Virus record (IMG/VR): IMGVR_UViG_3300026488_000017
Span: 40,396-104,395 of that record
Length of the DNA stretch: 64,000 nucleotides
Direction: 5' to 3' (one strand)
Source: a virus
Taxonomy: Duplodnaviria > Heunggongvirae > Uroviricota > Caudoviricetes
Position 1 is the stretch's first letter, and each line of letters opens with the position of its first letter. The translations under genes were made by a program, and so were the position numbers. This document shows positions 8,465-16,679 of this stretch, in pieces. The notes under the pieces are model-generated. The model was not told the DNA's origin. It saw only the letters and a list, made by a program, of their open reading frames with translations, and did no database searches.

Positions 8465-8618
8465 TGTATTGTCCTACCACATATTCAGATAATTCCATAT
8501 GGACCTTAAATTTCTGGTTTGTCGTTTTGTGTTGCCAAATATCTTTCGAGCAATCTATGCACTCGAAATGCCTATTAAAGTCTTGTACTGGAATGTTTGT
8601 GTTGTTTGCTGGGCTCAT
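8457..8618 (-). CDS. small hypothetical protein (53 aa, C-x2-C)
   Basis: not in the ORF track; ATG at 8618 is preceded by AAAGGAAAAAGA and by promoter motif copy 8626-8672; read by hand as MSPANNTNIPVQDFNRHFECIDCSKDIW... Confidence 0.35.
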   Translation of the reverse strand: MSPANNTNIPVQDFNRHFECIDCSKDIWQHKTTNQKFKVHMELSEYVVGQYID

Positions 8619-8625
8619 CTTTTTC

Positions 8626-8672
8626 CTTTATTTTGTATTATATCTAAGTTTTACTTAATTTGACCACTCACC
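8626..8672 (-). promoter_or_regulatory. promoter motif variant
   Basis: ttttgtattatatctaagttttacttaat, upstream of the small ORF 8457-8618. Confidence 0.35.
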
Positions 8673-9524
8673 TGTCCCATTAGTAATAGGAATCAGAATT
8701 GCTCTTTCATCTGTGATAGTAGCAAGAGTCTGCTCCATTAGCATTACTCGTACTTCACTACGCAGACCGTATTTATTAAATAAGAAAGGTATAGAATTAA
8801 TAACTGGTCTTTTGTAAATTGTATTATGTACAGCACTATCATAAGATGCTTGTACTGAAACAAGTTCTTTGCTAATATGTTCAGGGTTCGCAGATGTATA
8901 ATTCTCTAAATAAGCTTCAGTAACAGCAAGTTTCTCGACATCAGCTAAATCACCATCTGTTTGATATTTACTCACTAAGTCATCAAGATATTCTTTTCTG
9001 GTATCTATGAATTTGGTTTGTATTTTTGTTAGACTATTCTTAATCTTAATATTAAAACGAGATTTATTGATTGTTTCTAGTTTTTGTTCTTGTATTAAAT
9101 CAGAAGCAAGAACTTTTGTTAATTCGTTATCTAAATCTTTACTAGCTTCACTAGGAGATACATCTTCTTCGGTACTTAATATTTCTGCTCTAGGTCCAAT
9201 TAATGAAATGTCTGCGTGTATTTTACTCATCACTTCATCTGGTATTTCTACACCAATAGGTATATTTCTTGAGCTAATTTTAGTGCTAGTATCAAAAAAT
9301 CTACTCATACCCAGACCATACATATCTCTATCTTCTTTGATGGCTTTTATCTGAGCATTCAGCATCTGAATCAAAGGGTCTTTTTCTTCTTTTGTTAAAT
9401 CAACCTCGTAAATTTCTTCGAGTTTCGCTTTTACTCTATCAATGTCAATACTAAAGGCCTTGTAAGCAGTATCAGCAATTAAAAAATCTTTTTGTTCTTT
9501 TTTGTTGTTGTACCAGTTAAACAT
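8655..9524 (-). CDS. hypothetical protein
   Basis: 289-aa ORF, no motif recognised. Confidence 0.45.
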   Translation of the reverse strand: MFNWYNNKKEQKDFLIADTAYKAFSIDIDRVKAKLEEIYEVDLTKEEKDPLIQMLNAQIKAIKEDRDMYGLGMSRFFDTSTKISSRNIPIGVEIPDEVMSKIHADISLIGPRAEILSTEEDVSPSEASKDLDNELTKVLASDLIQEQKLETINKSRFNIKIKNSLTKIQTKFIDTRKEYLDDLVSKYQTDGDLADVEKLAVTEAYLENYTSANPEHISKELVSVQASYDSAVHNTIYKRPVINSIPFLFNKYGLRSEVRVMLMEQTLATITDERAILIPITNGTGEWSN

Positions 9525-9533
9525 ATTGTCTCC

Positions 9534-10109
9534 CTATTCTTGCATCAATGATTTTAGTGTATCAGTAACCTCATTCAGGTCTTTTTTCAATGAAGCAATA
9601 TTCCTAGTAACACCAGAGATATTTTTTACCTCTTTAGAAATATCAGTAAATGCTCCACCGATGCTAGAAATCGCTTCAGTCATATCACTAAGTACATCAT
9701 TCATACCGCTTATCGTTGCTGAGTACTCAGCTCTTACGCTCTCAACCCGTGTATCGATACTTGTTTGTGTTTCGATTAACTGATTGGTATTTTTTGTGAC
9801 AATCTGTGCAAGTTCGATGTTGAATTTTTCTTGGACGGCATCTAAGTTTTTTGTAACCATTTCTTTGATGTAGTTTTCAATATCGTAAGCTTTCATATGC
9901 TGTGAATGCAATTCATTCTTGTTTTCTACGAGAATATCCCAAGACTCTCTAACGGCTTCATTACTTAAATCTAAATGGAAATTGATATTATCCCATATAA
10001 TAGTTGCTGTATCTCCAGAAAATGATAACACTGCATCTAAAAGAGGCACTAGATAAGTTACATTCTCGCCGTTTTGGTTTCTAGTTAATTTTACTGTACT
10101 TTTTAACAT
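9534..10109 (-). CDS. hypothetical coiled-coil protein
   Basis: ORF with promoter motif copy immediately upstream (10128-10175). Confidence 0.45.
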   Translation of the reverse strand: MLKSTVKLTRNQNGENVTYLVPLLDAVLSFSGDTATIIWDNINFHLDLSNEAVRESWDILVENKNELHSQHMKAYDIENYIKEMVTKNLDAVQEKFNIELAQIVTKNTNQLIETQTSIDTRVESVRAEYSATISGMNDVLSDMTEAISSIGGAFTDISKEVKNISGVTRNIASLKKDLNEVTDTLKSLMQE

Positions 10110-10127
10110 TTCTTTCCTTTTTGTGTT

Positions 10128-10175
10128 CTTTCTTTATATGTAATATTATAACATAAGCAACCTTAAAGGCTACTT
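10128..10175 (-). promoter_or_regulatory. conserved promoter motif (full copy)
   Basis: ctttatatgtaatattataacataagcaaccttaaaggct. Confidence 0.5.
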
Positions 10176-11358
10176 AGTTGGCACCAGTTGAACTTGAAGT
10201 CGATTCTTCAGTTTTAGTTGAAAGAAGTGCTGCTGTTTGACGGTCACCTAATTGCTTCATATCGTGTTGAACACCTGAGAGTTCCTTGATACTCTTAGTT
10301 TGAAGAGCAATTTGATTTTTTGTCTTCTCGATAAGCTTGTCGTGAGCATCTAAACGGCCTTTTGACATTCTAGTTAAACGGTCAGTTTGTGAAGTGGTAA
10401 TGTTTAAATCAACCACATCAATCATTGCCTTGTTAATTTTAGCAAAGTTATGCTCTTCGATGTCATTAACGAGTTGCAAAGTACTATCAAACATTTCTTT
10501 ATATTGTAGTAAGTGGTTAAGACCAGTTGCAATAGTTAAATCATCTAAGAAGTTGTTCTTAATCTTAGGAAGTAACGATGTAATAGCAAAAGTCGAACTT
10601 TGTGCACTTTCGATAATGATACCAACTTGGTCAATCTTCGATGTACTTTGAATAAGAGCTTCTTTAACTTGAATAATCATATTTCTTGCTTGAAAGTTCT
10701 CTTTTGGAGAAGTATCAGGATTAGCTAGTATATCAGTAAGTTCAGTTTCTAAGTCCTCAAGTACACTTAAATCGGCATCACGGCGAGTTTTGATTTCCAT
10801 TACAGAAAAGGTTGTTTTCTCTAAAGTCTTTTGTTTATTCTCTAAAGTAGCAAATAATCTCTCTGCTGCTTCCTTAATGTTACCTGAAGCTAGTTGTTGC
10901 TTATCGGCTTCAGTCTTTACATCTGTCACTAAACCAGCAATTGTCTTAGCACCTGGTAACGAGAGTAAACCTGAACCGATTTTTGACATAAAACCAATTG
11001 ATACAGCTTCGTTAGCTCCAGCAAATGCTTCTAGTTCAGCGATAGCTTGTGTAATCATTTCTTTTGTTTCATCTAATTCCAACATCGAAATGTCTTCAGC
11101 AAGTCTTTGAGAAACTATATAAGCTTCATCTTGTAAAGTCGTGAACTGATTTTTCAATGCATCAACCGTACGAACTTCTTTTTCTTGTGCTTCAACCATT
11201 TCTACTTCTACTAATTCTGTTTGAACTTCTTCCACTTTAATTCCTTTAATTTTTGATTCTTGAGCTCTTGCTTCAGCCATTTGTGCTTTCGTTCTACGAG
11301 TTCTTTTTGGTTTTGTTTCTACAATTTCTACTTCGATTGGGTTTGAGTCGTCTGACAT
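10174..11358 (-). CDS. hypothetical coiled-coil protein (basic N-terminus)
   Basis: 394-aa ORF, lysine/arginine-rich N-terminus, long predicted coiled coils; promoter motif at 11378-11412. Confidence 0.45.
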   Translation of the reverse strand: MSDDSNPIEVEIVETKPKRTRRTKAQMAEARAQESKIKGIKVEEVQTELVEVEMVEAQEKEVRTVDALKNQFTTLQDEAYIVSQRLAEDISMLELDETKEMITQAIAELEAFAGANEAVSIGFMSKIGSGLLSLPGAKTIAGLVTDVKTEADKQQLASGNIKEAAERLFATLENKQKTLEKTTFSVMEIKTRRDADLSVLEDLETELTDILANPDTSPKENFQARNMIIQVKEALIQSTSKIDQVGIIIESAQSSTFAITSLLPKIKNNFLDDLTIATGLNHLLQYKEMFDSTLQLVNDIEEHNFAKINKAMIDVVDLNITTSQTDRLTRMSKGRLDAHDKLIEKTKNQIALQTKSIKELSGVQHDMKQLGDRQTAALLSTKTEESTSSSTGAN

Positions 11359-11377
11359 TTTCTTTCCTTCTTGTTTA

Positions 11378-11412
11378 TATGTTGTATTATAACATACTTT
11401 GACTTAAAATCT
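11378..11412 (-). promoter_or_regulatory. promoter motif variant
   Basis: gttgtattataacatactttgacttaaa. Confidence 0.4.
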
Positions 11413-11458
11413 CCTTAAAGATTCTAAATATCTCTTAATCTCTTTTGAGACTAACAAC

Positions 11459-11530
11459 TTTCTTTATATGTAATATTATAACATAATCAACCTTAAGGCT
11501 TTATAAATATCAATAAAATATAGGTGAAAA
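11459..11530. promoter_or_regulatory. full promoter motif copy fused to a plus-strand promoter (TTTATAAATA) at a strand-switch; drives the ankyrin gene 11532
   Basis: ctttatatgtaatattataacataatcaaccttaaggctttataaatatcaataaaatataggtgaaaatATG; near-identical to the copy at 33296-33374. Confidence 0.45.
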
Positions 11531-11531
11531 T

Positions 11532-11939
11532 ATGAAAAGTTCATACGCTGATGATATTTGGTACACTGCTGCAACACTAAGCGATAATGCATTACTAAAA
11601 GATTTACACAAAGAAAAGATTCCAGGTATGGATATTTACTATGAGTTACATTCGTGTACACCATTTCAAGCAAGTTGCTATGAAAATAATGAAGAGGCAG
11701 CAAAACTGTTTATTAAATGGGGAGTAGATTTAGATAGAAAAGATGGTGATGGCGATACAATGCTTTCATATTGTTTCGATACCGAAAAGTGGTCAATAGT
11801 GTTAGAGATACTGAAACACAAACCGTCATTAGAAGGTATCAATGATTTCTTAATTACTCAAGCACCTAAAAGAATTCAGAAAGCATTCCAAAAAGTATCT
11901 GGTCTCAAAAAACTAGGTAAGTACGCAGATTTATTATAA
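11532..11939 (+). CDS. ankyrin-repeat protein with conserved C-terminal KKLGKYADLL tail
   Basis: ankyrin-like GDGDTMLSY repeat; C-terminus ...GLKKLGKYADLL is shared with four other ORFs in the window. Confidence 0.6.
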   Translation: MKSSYADDIWYTAATLSDNALLKDLHKEKIPGMDIYYELHSCTPFQASCYENNEEAAKLFIKWGVDLDRKDGDGDTMLSYCFDTEKWSIVLEILKHKPSLEGINDFLITQAPKRIQKAFQKVSGLKKLGKYADLL

Positions 11940-12161
11940 TAGCAAGTGAGGATGGTTCTCTTTGATTGTTTCTAGTAACTTCAAAGTTTTTGAATCTTCT
12001 ATCAGTTTACTAAATAGCATTTGAGCCTCTCGTTCTGTACCCTTTCTATAAACCCATTCATAGCTACCAGGTGACTCTCCAGTTTTTCGGTCTAAGACCA
12101 TTAAGACCATTCCACTCATAGTTTTCTTAAAATAAAATTTATCTCTTAGTGGTTTATCCAT
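11934..12161 (-). CDS. small hypothetical protein, PHLxL C-terminal family
   Basis: convergent with and overlapping the ankyrin gene stop; C-terminus LKLLETIKENHPHLLL is paralogous to 15014..15361. Confidence 0.4.
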   Translation of the reverse strand: MDKPLRDKFYFKKTMSGMVLMVLDRKTGESPGSYEWVYRKGTEREAQMLFSKLIEDSKTLKLLETIKENHPHLLL

Positions 12162-12241
12162 TCTGTGCCTCGTATATTATTTTTATGGCATAGTACACCT
12201 GAAGATGTGTACCACCATCGAATAAAATTTTAACAGCTTCT

Positions 12242-13537
12242 TCAAGCGTAAATATCATTGTACGAGAATTGCCCTAATTCCACTTCATTCCCCATTGGCA
12301 TAATAAGACCTTTCATCATATTATGAATAACTGCTTCAGGAATGAATTTCCCTTCAGTCTCGTTTCGTGTTACATTTCGTTCAAAAATAGTATCGTAATC
12401 AGTACAGAAAAAACGGCTTCTTGTATCATATTTTTTGAGACGCTCATTGAATTTTTGACGGTAACCTTTGTCTTTATTTTCTATCTGAAACGAGAACCAT
12501 TTTCTTCGTGCTTTAGGCCCAACATTTGTCATATCGATAATAATATCATCACCTCTTAGTACAGCACACTCGAACTGCGAACGAATCATACGGTCGATTT
12601 CTGATTGGTCGTCCGATGTAAGAAGCGTCCAAATCTCCCCATATTTAAGAGATTTCCCATATTTGAAGCGACCTAGCTCTAATAGTGTAGCGTCTCTGCT
12701 AATCACTGTGGTATCCTCATCGACATTCTCTTTAATATAAGTGCTCTTACCTGATAGCGGTACGCCTACGAGTGCTGTGATACTACGGTCACTAATGATT
12801 CTAGTGCCTTCATCCATATCTCTATCAGGCCAGAATTTGTCCATAAAAGGCTTACCATAAAGAACGGTACCTAGCAATGAACCTTCATCAGACCTAGCAT
12901 CAGCAGATGGTGAGAAACGACCAGTGGAATCATAACGAACCTGATTAACAAATAACGGAAATAAACTTTTGTGGTTTTTCCATCGTTCTGCTACTTTCTC
13001 AGGTTTGTGCTCTTTACCATCCTTGATGCTGTCAAAAAGTGTACCGTGTAATGAGATAATCGTAAGCACATCTTGCATTTCTGAAGGAAAAATCACACCC
13101 ATTTTCACAAGCTCTTGTAACGGCTTTACAGCTTTATATACTGAAATCCCTTCGTGGCCTCTGAAATGCGTTTTCCATTCTCTAGCTAAAGCCTTTGTCT
13201 TAGAGTGCTCTTTATCCGCCTCACGAAGCTCGTTAGATTCTGTGTGGGTAGGTTTAGGCTTATTGAATGGAATAACCTCTCTCGATGCTGGCTTACCAGT
13301 GTCGTGTAGTAATGCTGCTAAAAGATTTACTGTCTCAGCTCTATCATTCTGTGCTTGTAAACATACCATCATCGTGTGAGTCCATACAGAATCTTCCAAA
13401 TGATATGGATTAGGTTCTGAATCTACAGCGGCGTGATTACTAGCTTTCATTTCGTTAGCTAAATCTGTGAATTCCATTTGGAACCAATTCACTAGTTCTG
13501 CCATTGATGGTTTTTGTTTTTCTTTAAAATAATTCAT
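12242..13537 (-). CDS. HD-domain phosphohydrolase fused to P-loop kinase domain (polynucleotide kinase/phosphatase-like)
   Basis: N-terminal HD motif H...LLHDTGKP; C-terminal Walker A GVPLSGKSTYIKE. Confidence 0.5.
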   Translation of the reverse strand: MNYFKEKQKPSMAELVNWFQMEFTDLANEMKASNHAAVDSEPNPYHLEDSVWTHTMMVCLQAQNDRAETVNLLAALLHDTGKPASREVIPFNKPKPTHTESNELREADKEHSKTKALAREWKTHFRGHEGISVYKAVKPLQELVKMGVIFPSEMQDVLTIISLHGTLFDSIKDGKEHKPEKVAERWKNHKSLFPLFVNQVRYDSTGRFSPSADARSDEGSLLGTVLYGKPFMDKFWPDRDMDEGTRIISDRSITALVGVPLSGKSTYIKENVDEDTTVISRDATLLELGRFKYGKSLKYGEIWTLLTSDDQSEIDRMIRSQFECAVLRGDDIIIDMTNVGPKARRKWFSFQIENKDKGYRQKFNERLKKYDTRSRFFCTDYDTIFERNVTRNETEGKFIPEAVIHNMMKGLIMPMGNEVELGQFSYNDIYA

Positions 13538-13548
13538 TTTTATTCCTT

Positions 13549-13632
13549 CTTATTATATGTATTATAACATACCGTTACTTAAAGGCTCATTAAGGCTCAT
13601 TGAATTTATAAATACTTTCAAAAGGTGACAAT
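13549..13632. promoter_or_regulatory. divergent promoter region (minus: HD/kinase gene; plus: ankyrin array)
   Basis: atatgtattataacataccgttacttaaaggctc ... ttgaatttataaatactttcaaaaggtgacaatATG. Confidence 0.45.
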
Positions 13633-14244
13633 ATGGATTTTGATTCTGAAACTCTTCAGTACTACATAATGAAAGGTAAAGTAATGGAACTAAAGGCAGA
13701 AGAGAAAAAAGGTACGCTTAAGAAATTAGTGAATGTGGATTTTGATAATGGTAAGTCACCACTTAATACAGCCATTTACAAAAAAACATCTACTATCGTG
13801 ACTATATTAATCGATAATGGTGCTGATGTAAATTACATAGATGGTAATGGTGGTCTCCCATTAGTGAATTCTGCCAACACAAACACTTTCATTATAGCTC
13901 CTTTACTCAAAGCTGGTGCTGAAGTAAACAAAGAGAGTACTTATGGTTCAACTGCTTTCACAAAAGTATTAGGTGATAGAGATAGAAAAGGTGAAGGTCT
14001 TGCTGTAGCACTTATATCTGATAAACATTTTGATATTACTAAAGAAGAATTTAAACCTGATATGCTTCTACAGCAATCGATTAAAAATAAATGGGATAGA
14101 GTAACGGCACTCATTCTCAAAACGGGATTTGATTTCGATTACGAGGACCTCAGAAATGTAGGTGATGGTACAAAAAAGATTATAGATAAACATCTAGGTC
14201 TAAAAAAATTAGGTAAGTACGCAGACTTACTAGGAGACATATAA
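13633..14244 (+). CDS. ankyrin-repeat protein with KKLGKYADLLGDI C-terminus
   Basis: ankyrin repeats (SPLNTAIY...NGADVN...GNGGLPLV...AGAEVN); conserved tail. Confidence 0.6.
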   Translation: MDFDSETLQYYIMKGKVMELKAEEKKGTLKKLVNVDFDNGKSPLNTAIYKKTSTIVTILIDNGADVNYIDGNGGLPLVNSANTNTFIIAPLLKAGAEVNKESTYGSTAFTKVLGDRDRKGEGLAVALISDKHFDITKEEFKPDMLLQQSIKNKWDRVTALILKTGFDFDYEDLRNVGDGTKKIIDKHLGLKKLGKYADLLGDI

Positions 14245-14723
14245 TGACTGTAAAACAATTTGAAGAAGAATTAGAAATGTATTCGGTAGACTTTGCTAAA
14301 GATGGAAGAACATTTTTAATGCAGTATGCAGAACTAGGTAATAATAAAATAGTTGATTACTTAATAAAGAAGAAAGCCAAATTAAATAAACAAGATGATA
14401 ATGGTATAACTGCTTTATATACTGCTGCCGTTAGGGATAGAAAATACATAGTAAATGCACTCATCAAAGCTGGTGCTGATGTAGATGTTCAAGATACTGA
14501 AGGAGATACGGCTCTTCATCGTGTAATGTACAATAGAGGTTCTAAGAAAATCGTAGAAATTCTTATACTAGCTGGTGCTGATTTAAGTATCAAAAATGAA
14601 GATGGTCATACAGCAGAAGATTTAATGATTGGTGAATACAAGAAAGTATTTTTATCATCAGTTAAAAAAGTGAAAGGTATGAAAAAATTAGGTAAGTACG
14701 CTGACTTGCTAGGAGATATATAA
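14244..14723 (+). CDS. ankyrin-repeat protein with KKLGKYADLLGDI C-terminus
   Basis: ankyrin repeats (NGITALYTAA, EGDTALHRV); conserved tail; ATG overlaps the upstream stop (ATAATG). Confidence 0.6.
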   Translation: MTVKQFEEELEMYSVDFAKDGRTFLMQYAELGNNKIVDYLIKKKAKLNKQDDNGITALYTAAVRDRKYIVNALIKAGADVDVQDTEGDTALHRVMYNRGSKKIVEILILAGADLSIKNEDGHTAEDLMIGEYKKVFLSSVKKVKGMKKLGKYADLLGDI

Positions 14724-15019
14724 TGAGTAGAGTTAGAATAACAGCTGTCATAGATGGTACATTCTATTACACTAGGTCGTATGAGGATAATGAATCACTA
14801 AAAGCTAGTGTAGATAGTATAGCAAATAGCGAAGTGAAGACACAGCTATTACGCTCAGATGCCAAAGAGTTATCGTATGAAAAATTTCTGAATGATTACA
14901 AAGATGGTAAGAATATTGTTTATTTTTGGATGGATGGTAAATGGATTAAAGATACAACGAAGAATATTATTAAAAATATTGCTCGTAAAAAAATAGGTAA
15001 ATACGCAGACCTATTATAG
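14723..15019 (+). CDS. hypothetical protein with KKIGKYADLL C-terminus (no ankyrin)
   Basis: shares only the C-terminal peptide with the ankyrin family. Confidence 0.45.
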   Translation: MSRVRITAVIDGTFYYTRSYEDNESLKASVDSIANSEVKTQLLRSDAKELSYEKFLNDYKDGKNIVYFWMDGKWIKDTTKNIIKNIARKKIGKYADLL

Positions 15020-15361
15020 AAATAAGTGAGGTTCATTTTCTTTGAGCTTCAGAATATCTACCCCAAAACCTTCTAACAAAAAATCATAATAATCAATAAG
15101 ATTTTCTACACGATTTAGATTTTCCATTACATTCCAAAATAAAGATGTTATTCTATTCATATCAGAAGCTTGTACTGATACAGAACCAAACGCACAACGA
15201 CCAAAATCCCCAACAATAGCATTGTACTCAAAATATAACATACCCAAAGAAATTTTATCTTTCTCGATGATTCGTTTCTCCTTGTGTTTCAGGACCCAAT
15301 TCTTGATATATTCTTTACCATAGAGAGTAGGGTTGTCAAAAGAGTTGATGTGTACTATCAT
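15014..15361 (-). CDS. hypothetical protein, PHLxL C-terminal family
   Basis: C-terminus LKLKENEPHLFL is paralogous to 11934..12161; convergent with and overlapping the end of the array. Confidence 0.4.
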   Translation of the reverse strand: MIVHINSFDNPTLYGKEYIKNWVLKHKEKRIIEKDKISLGMLYFEYNAIVGDFGRCAFGSVSVQASDMNRITSLFWNVMENLNRVENLIDYYDFLLEGFGVDILKLKENEPHLFL

Positions 15362-15362
15362 A

Positions 15363-15908
15363 TTATTTTACTAATTCAACATCACAAGTAACTTCATCTT
15401 GGTAGAACCAGTTCGTGTAGCACTTAGTGCTTATATTCAGGTAACCATTCTTTTCATAGAATAAACCATATTCGAAATACCCTTCTTTATTATCTCTGTT
15501 ATTATAGCTTACAATAAGCTCAGAAGAATTTCTATCAACGATGCTATAATTACCTCTCACAAACATTAATCCACTTTTTTGAACTACATTCGTTTCTGAA
15601 GTACCTTGGAACTGCGCTACTACTGAAAACCAAACGATAATAAACATTATTATTGCACTTACATAAATCTTGAATGTGCTATCCCACAATATGTCTATAT
15701 CTATAAAGAATATAGATACAGCATAAAAAACAAAAACGCCAATAAATAATCCGTATGAATCAGGGTTAATGAACACCAATATAGGGAATAACGGTATAAA
15801 CAGTACAGCCAAAACTTTCGATAATTTTTCTGTGTTTAATTCTCTTTTAGTCATTACAGTCCTTCTACTTTTAGATATCCACTTGGAGTCACTTTTGAAT
15901 CTGACCAA
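15363..15908 (-). CDS. membrane protein
   Basis: three predicted TM helices (LAVLFIPLFPILVFI, LFIGVFVFYAVSIFFI, IIMFIIVWFSVVA). Confidence 0.4.
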   Translation of the reverse strand: MVRFKSDSKWISKSRRTVMTKRELNTEKLSKVLAVLFIPLFPILVFINPDSYGLFIGVFVFYAVSIFFIDIDILWDSTFKIYVSAIIMFIIVWFSVVAQFQGTSETNVVQKSGLMFVRGNYSIVDRNSSELIVSYNNRDNKEGYFEYGLFYEKNGYLNISTKCYTNWFYQDEVTCDVELVK

Positions 15909-16345
15909 CTATTACTATATATTTCAATCGCCGTAATGTTTTTATCTCTTAGGTACATTGATTTATATTTGTAATATGTGCTTTCATCTAATTTACGGAA
16001 TAAGCCTATTGAAGTGTCTAAATCTACAATTATCTGCTTATTATCTACAAATAATAGGTTTTGATATACTAGTTTTTCTGTATTAGAAGTTTCATCAAAC
16101 ACGATAGATAAGTATATACCAGCTACTATTAGACCGATAAGCGTATATAATACTGGACCAACTGTATCATCTGTTACCTGAGTCAAAAACCAAGTAAATG
16201 TCCAAATACCTACAAGCAATGCTATAGATATTAACCCAAAACTCACGAAATCAAAATACATCATTACGAATGGTATTGGTAATGCCACTAACCAAGTCAC
16301 AAATATCTTGATTTTATATGTGTTAAATACTCTTTTCGTTTCCAT
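15854..16345 (-). CDS. membrane protein
   Basis: three TM helices at the N-terminus; overlaps the downstream ORF, so either start may be shorter than listed. Confidence 0.4.
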   Translation of the reverse strand: METKRVFNTYKIKIFVTWLVALPIPFVMMYFDFVSFGLISIALLVGIWTFTWFLTQVTDDTVGPVLYTLIGLIVAGIYLSIVFDETSNTEKLVYQNLLFVDNKQIIVDLDTSIGLFRKLDESTYYKYKSMYLRDKNITAIEIYSNSWSDSKVTPSGYLKVEGL

Positions 16346-16614
16346 TATTTTCCTTCCTTCTCTAATCTTAATTGGTATCTTGATTTTGAGTTCTCACAAC
16401 CACATTCTGAATGTTCATCATTTTCATCATCGTAGAAATCATCACCACAATGTTCACATATCGAAGCTTTGAAATGCTTTAAATCTACCCACTCAACATC
16501 TTCTGACTTACCTATTGATTCGAATGCTAACTTAGCAGAAACACCGTCACTAAAATTTAATGTCATATCTTCACCTGAGTTCGGTCTAACGAATAATTCA
16601 AAAATATCTTTCAT
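16345..16614 (-). CDS. small Cys-rich (zinc-ribbon-like) protein
   Basis: CEHCGDDFYDDENDEHSECGCE; promoter motif copy upstream (16628-16675). Confidence 0.4.
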   Translation of the reverse strand: MKDIFELFVRPNSGEDMTLNFSDGVSAKLAFESIGKSEDVEWVDLKHFKASICEHCGDDFYDDENDEHSECGCENSKSRYQLRLEKEGK

Positions 16615-16627
16615 AATCTATCCTTTG

Positions 16628-16675
16628 TGTCTTTATATGTAATATTATAACATAAAGAACCTTAAGGTGTACTGA
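16628..16675 (-). promoter_or_regulatory. conserved promoter motif (full copy)
   Basis: ctttatatgtaatattataacataaagaaccttaaggtgt. Confidence 0.5.
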
Positions 16676-16679
16676 ATCG

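Noticed and set aside
10140-10165. possibility that the conserved upstream box is a T4 MotA box (TGCTTA occurs in several copies)
   Set aside because: The TGCTTA is only 3 nt from the TATAAT rather than the roughly 12 nt required for MotA-dependent middle promoters. It is not present in all copies, whereas CCTTAA(A)GG is. This is probably a different regulator.
11476-11703. minus-strand 75-aa ORF overlapping the promoter region and the 5' end of the ankyrin gene at 11532
   Set aside because: It lies antisense to a supported gene and across the bidirectional promoter, and has no RBS. It is probably spurious.
12162-12241. inverted repeat GTACACctgaagatGTGTAC downstream of the HD/kinase gene as a rho-independent terminator
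   Set aside because: The stem is not followed by a U-run on the transcribed strand. At most it is a weak structure, so it is not called.
14205-14225. ggtaagt within the conserved 3' end of the ankyrin genes resembles a eukaryotic 5' splice-site consensus
   Set aside because: It is a coincidental consequence of the LGKY codons (ggt aag tac). There is no intron context, and no group I or II intron structure was seen.
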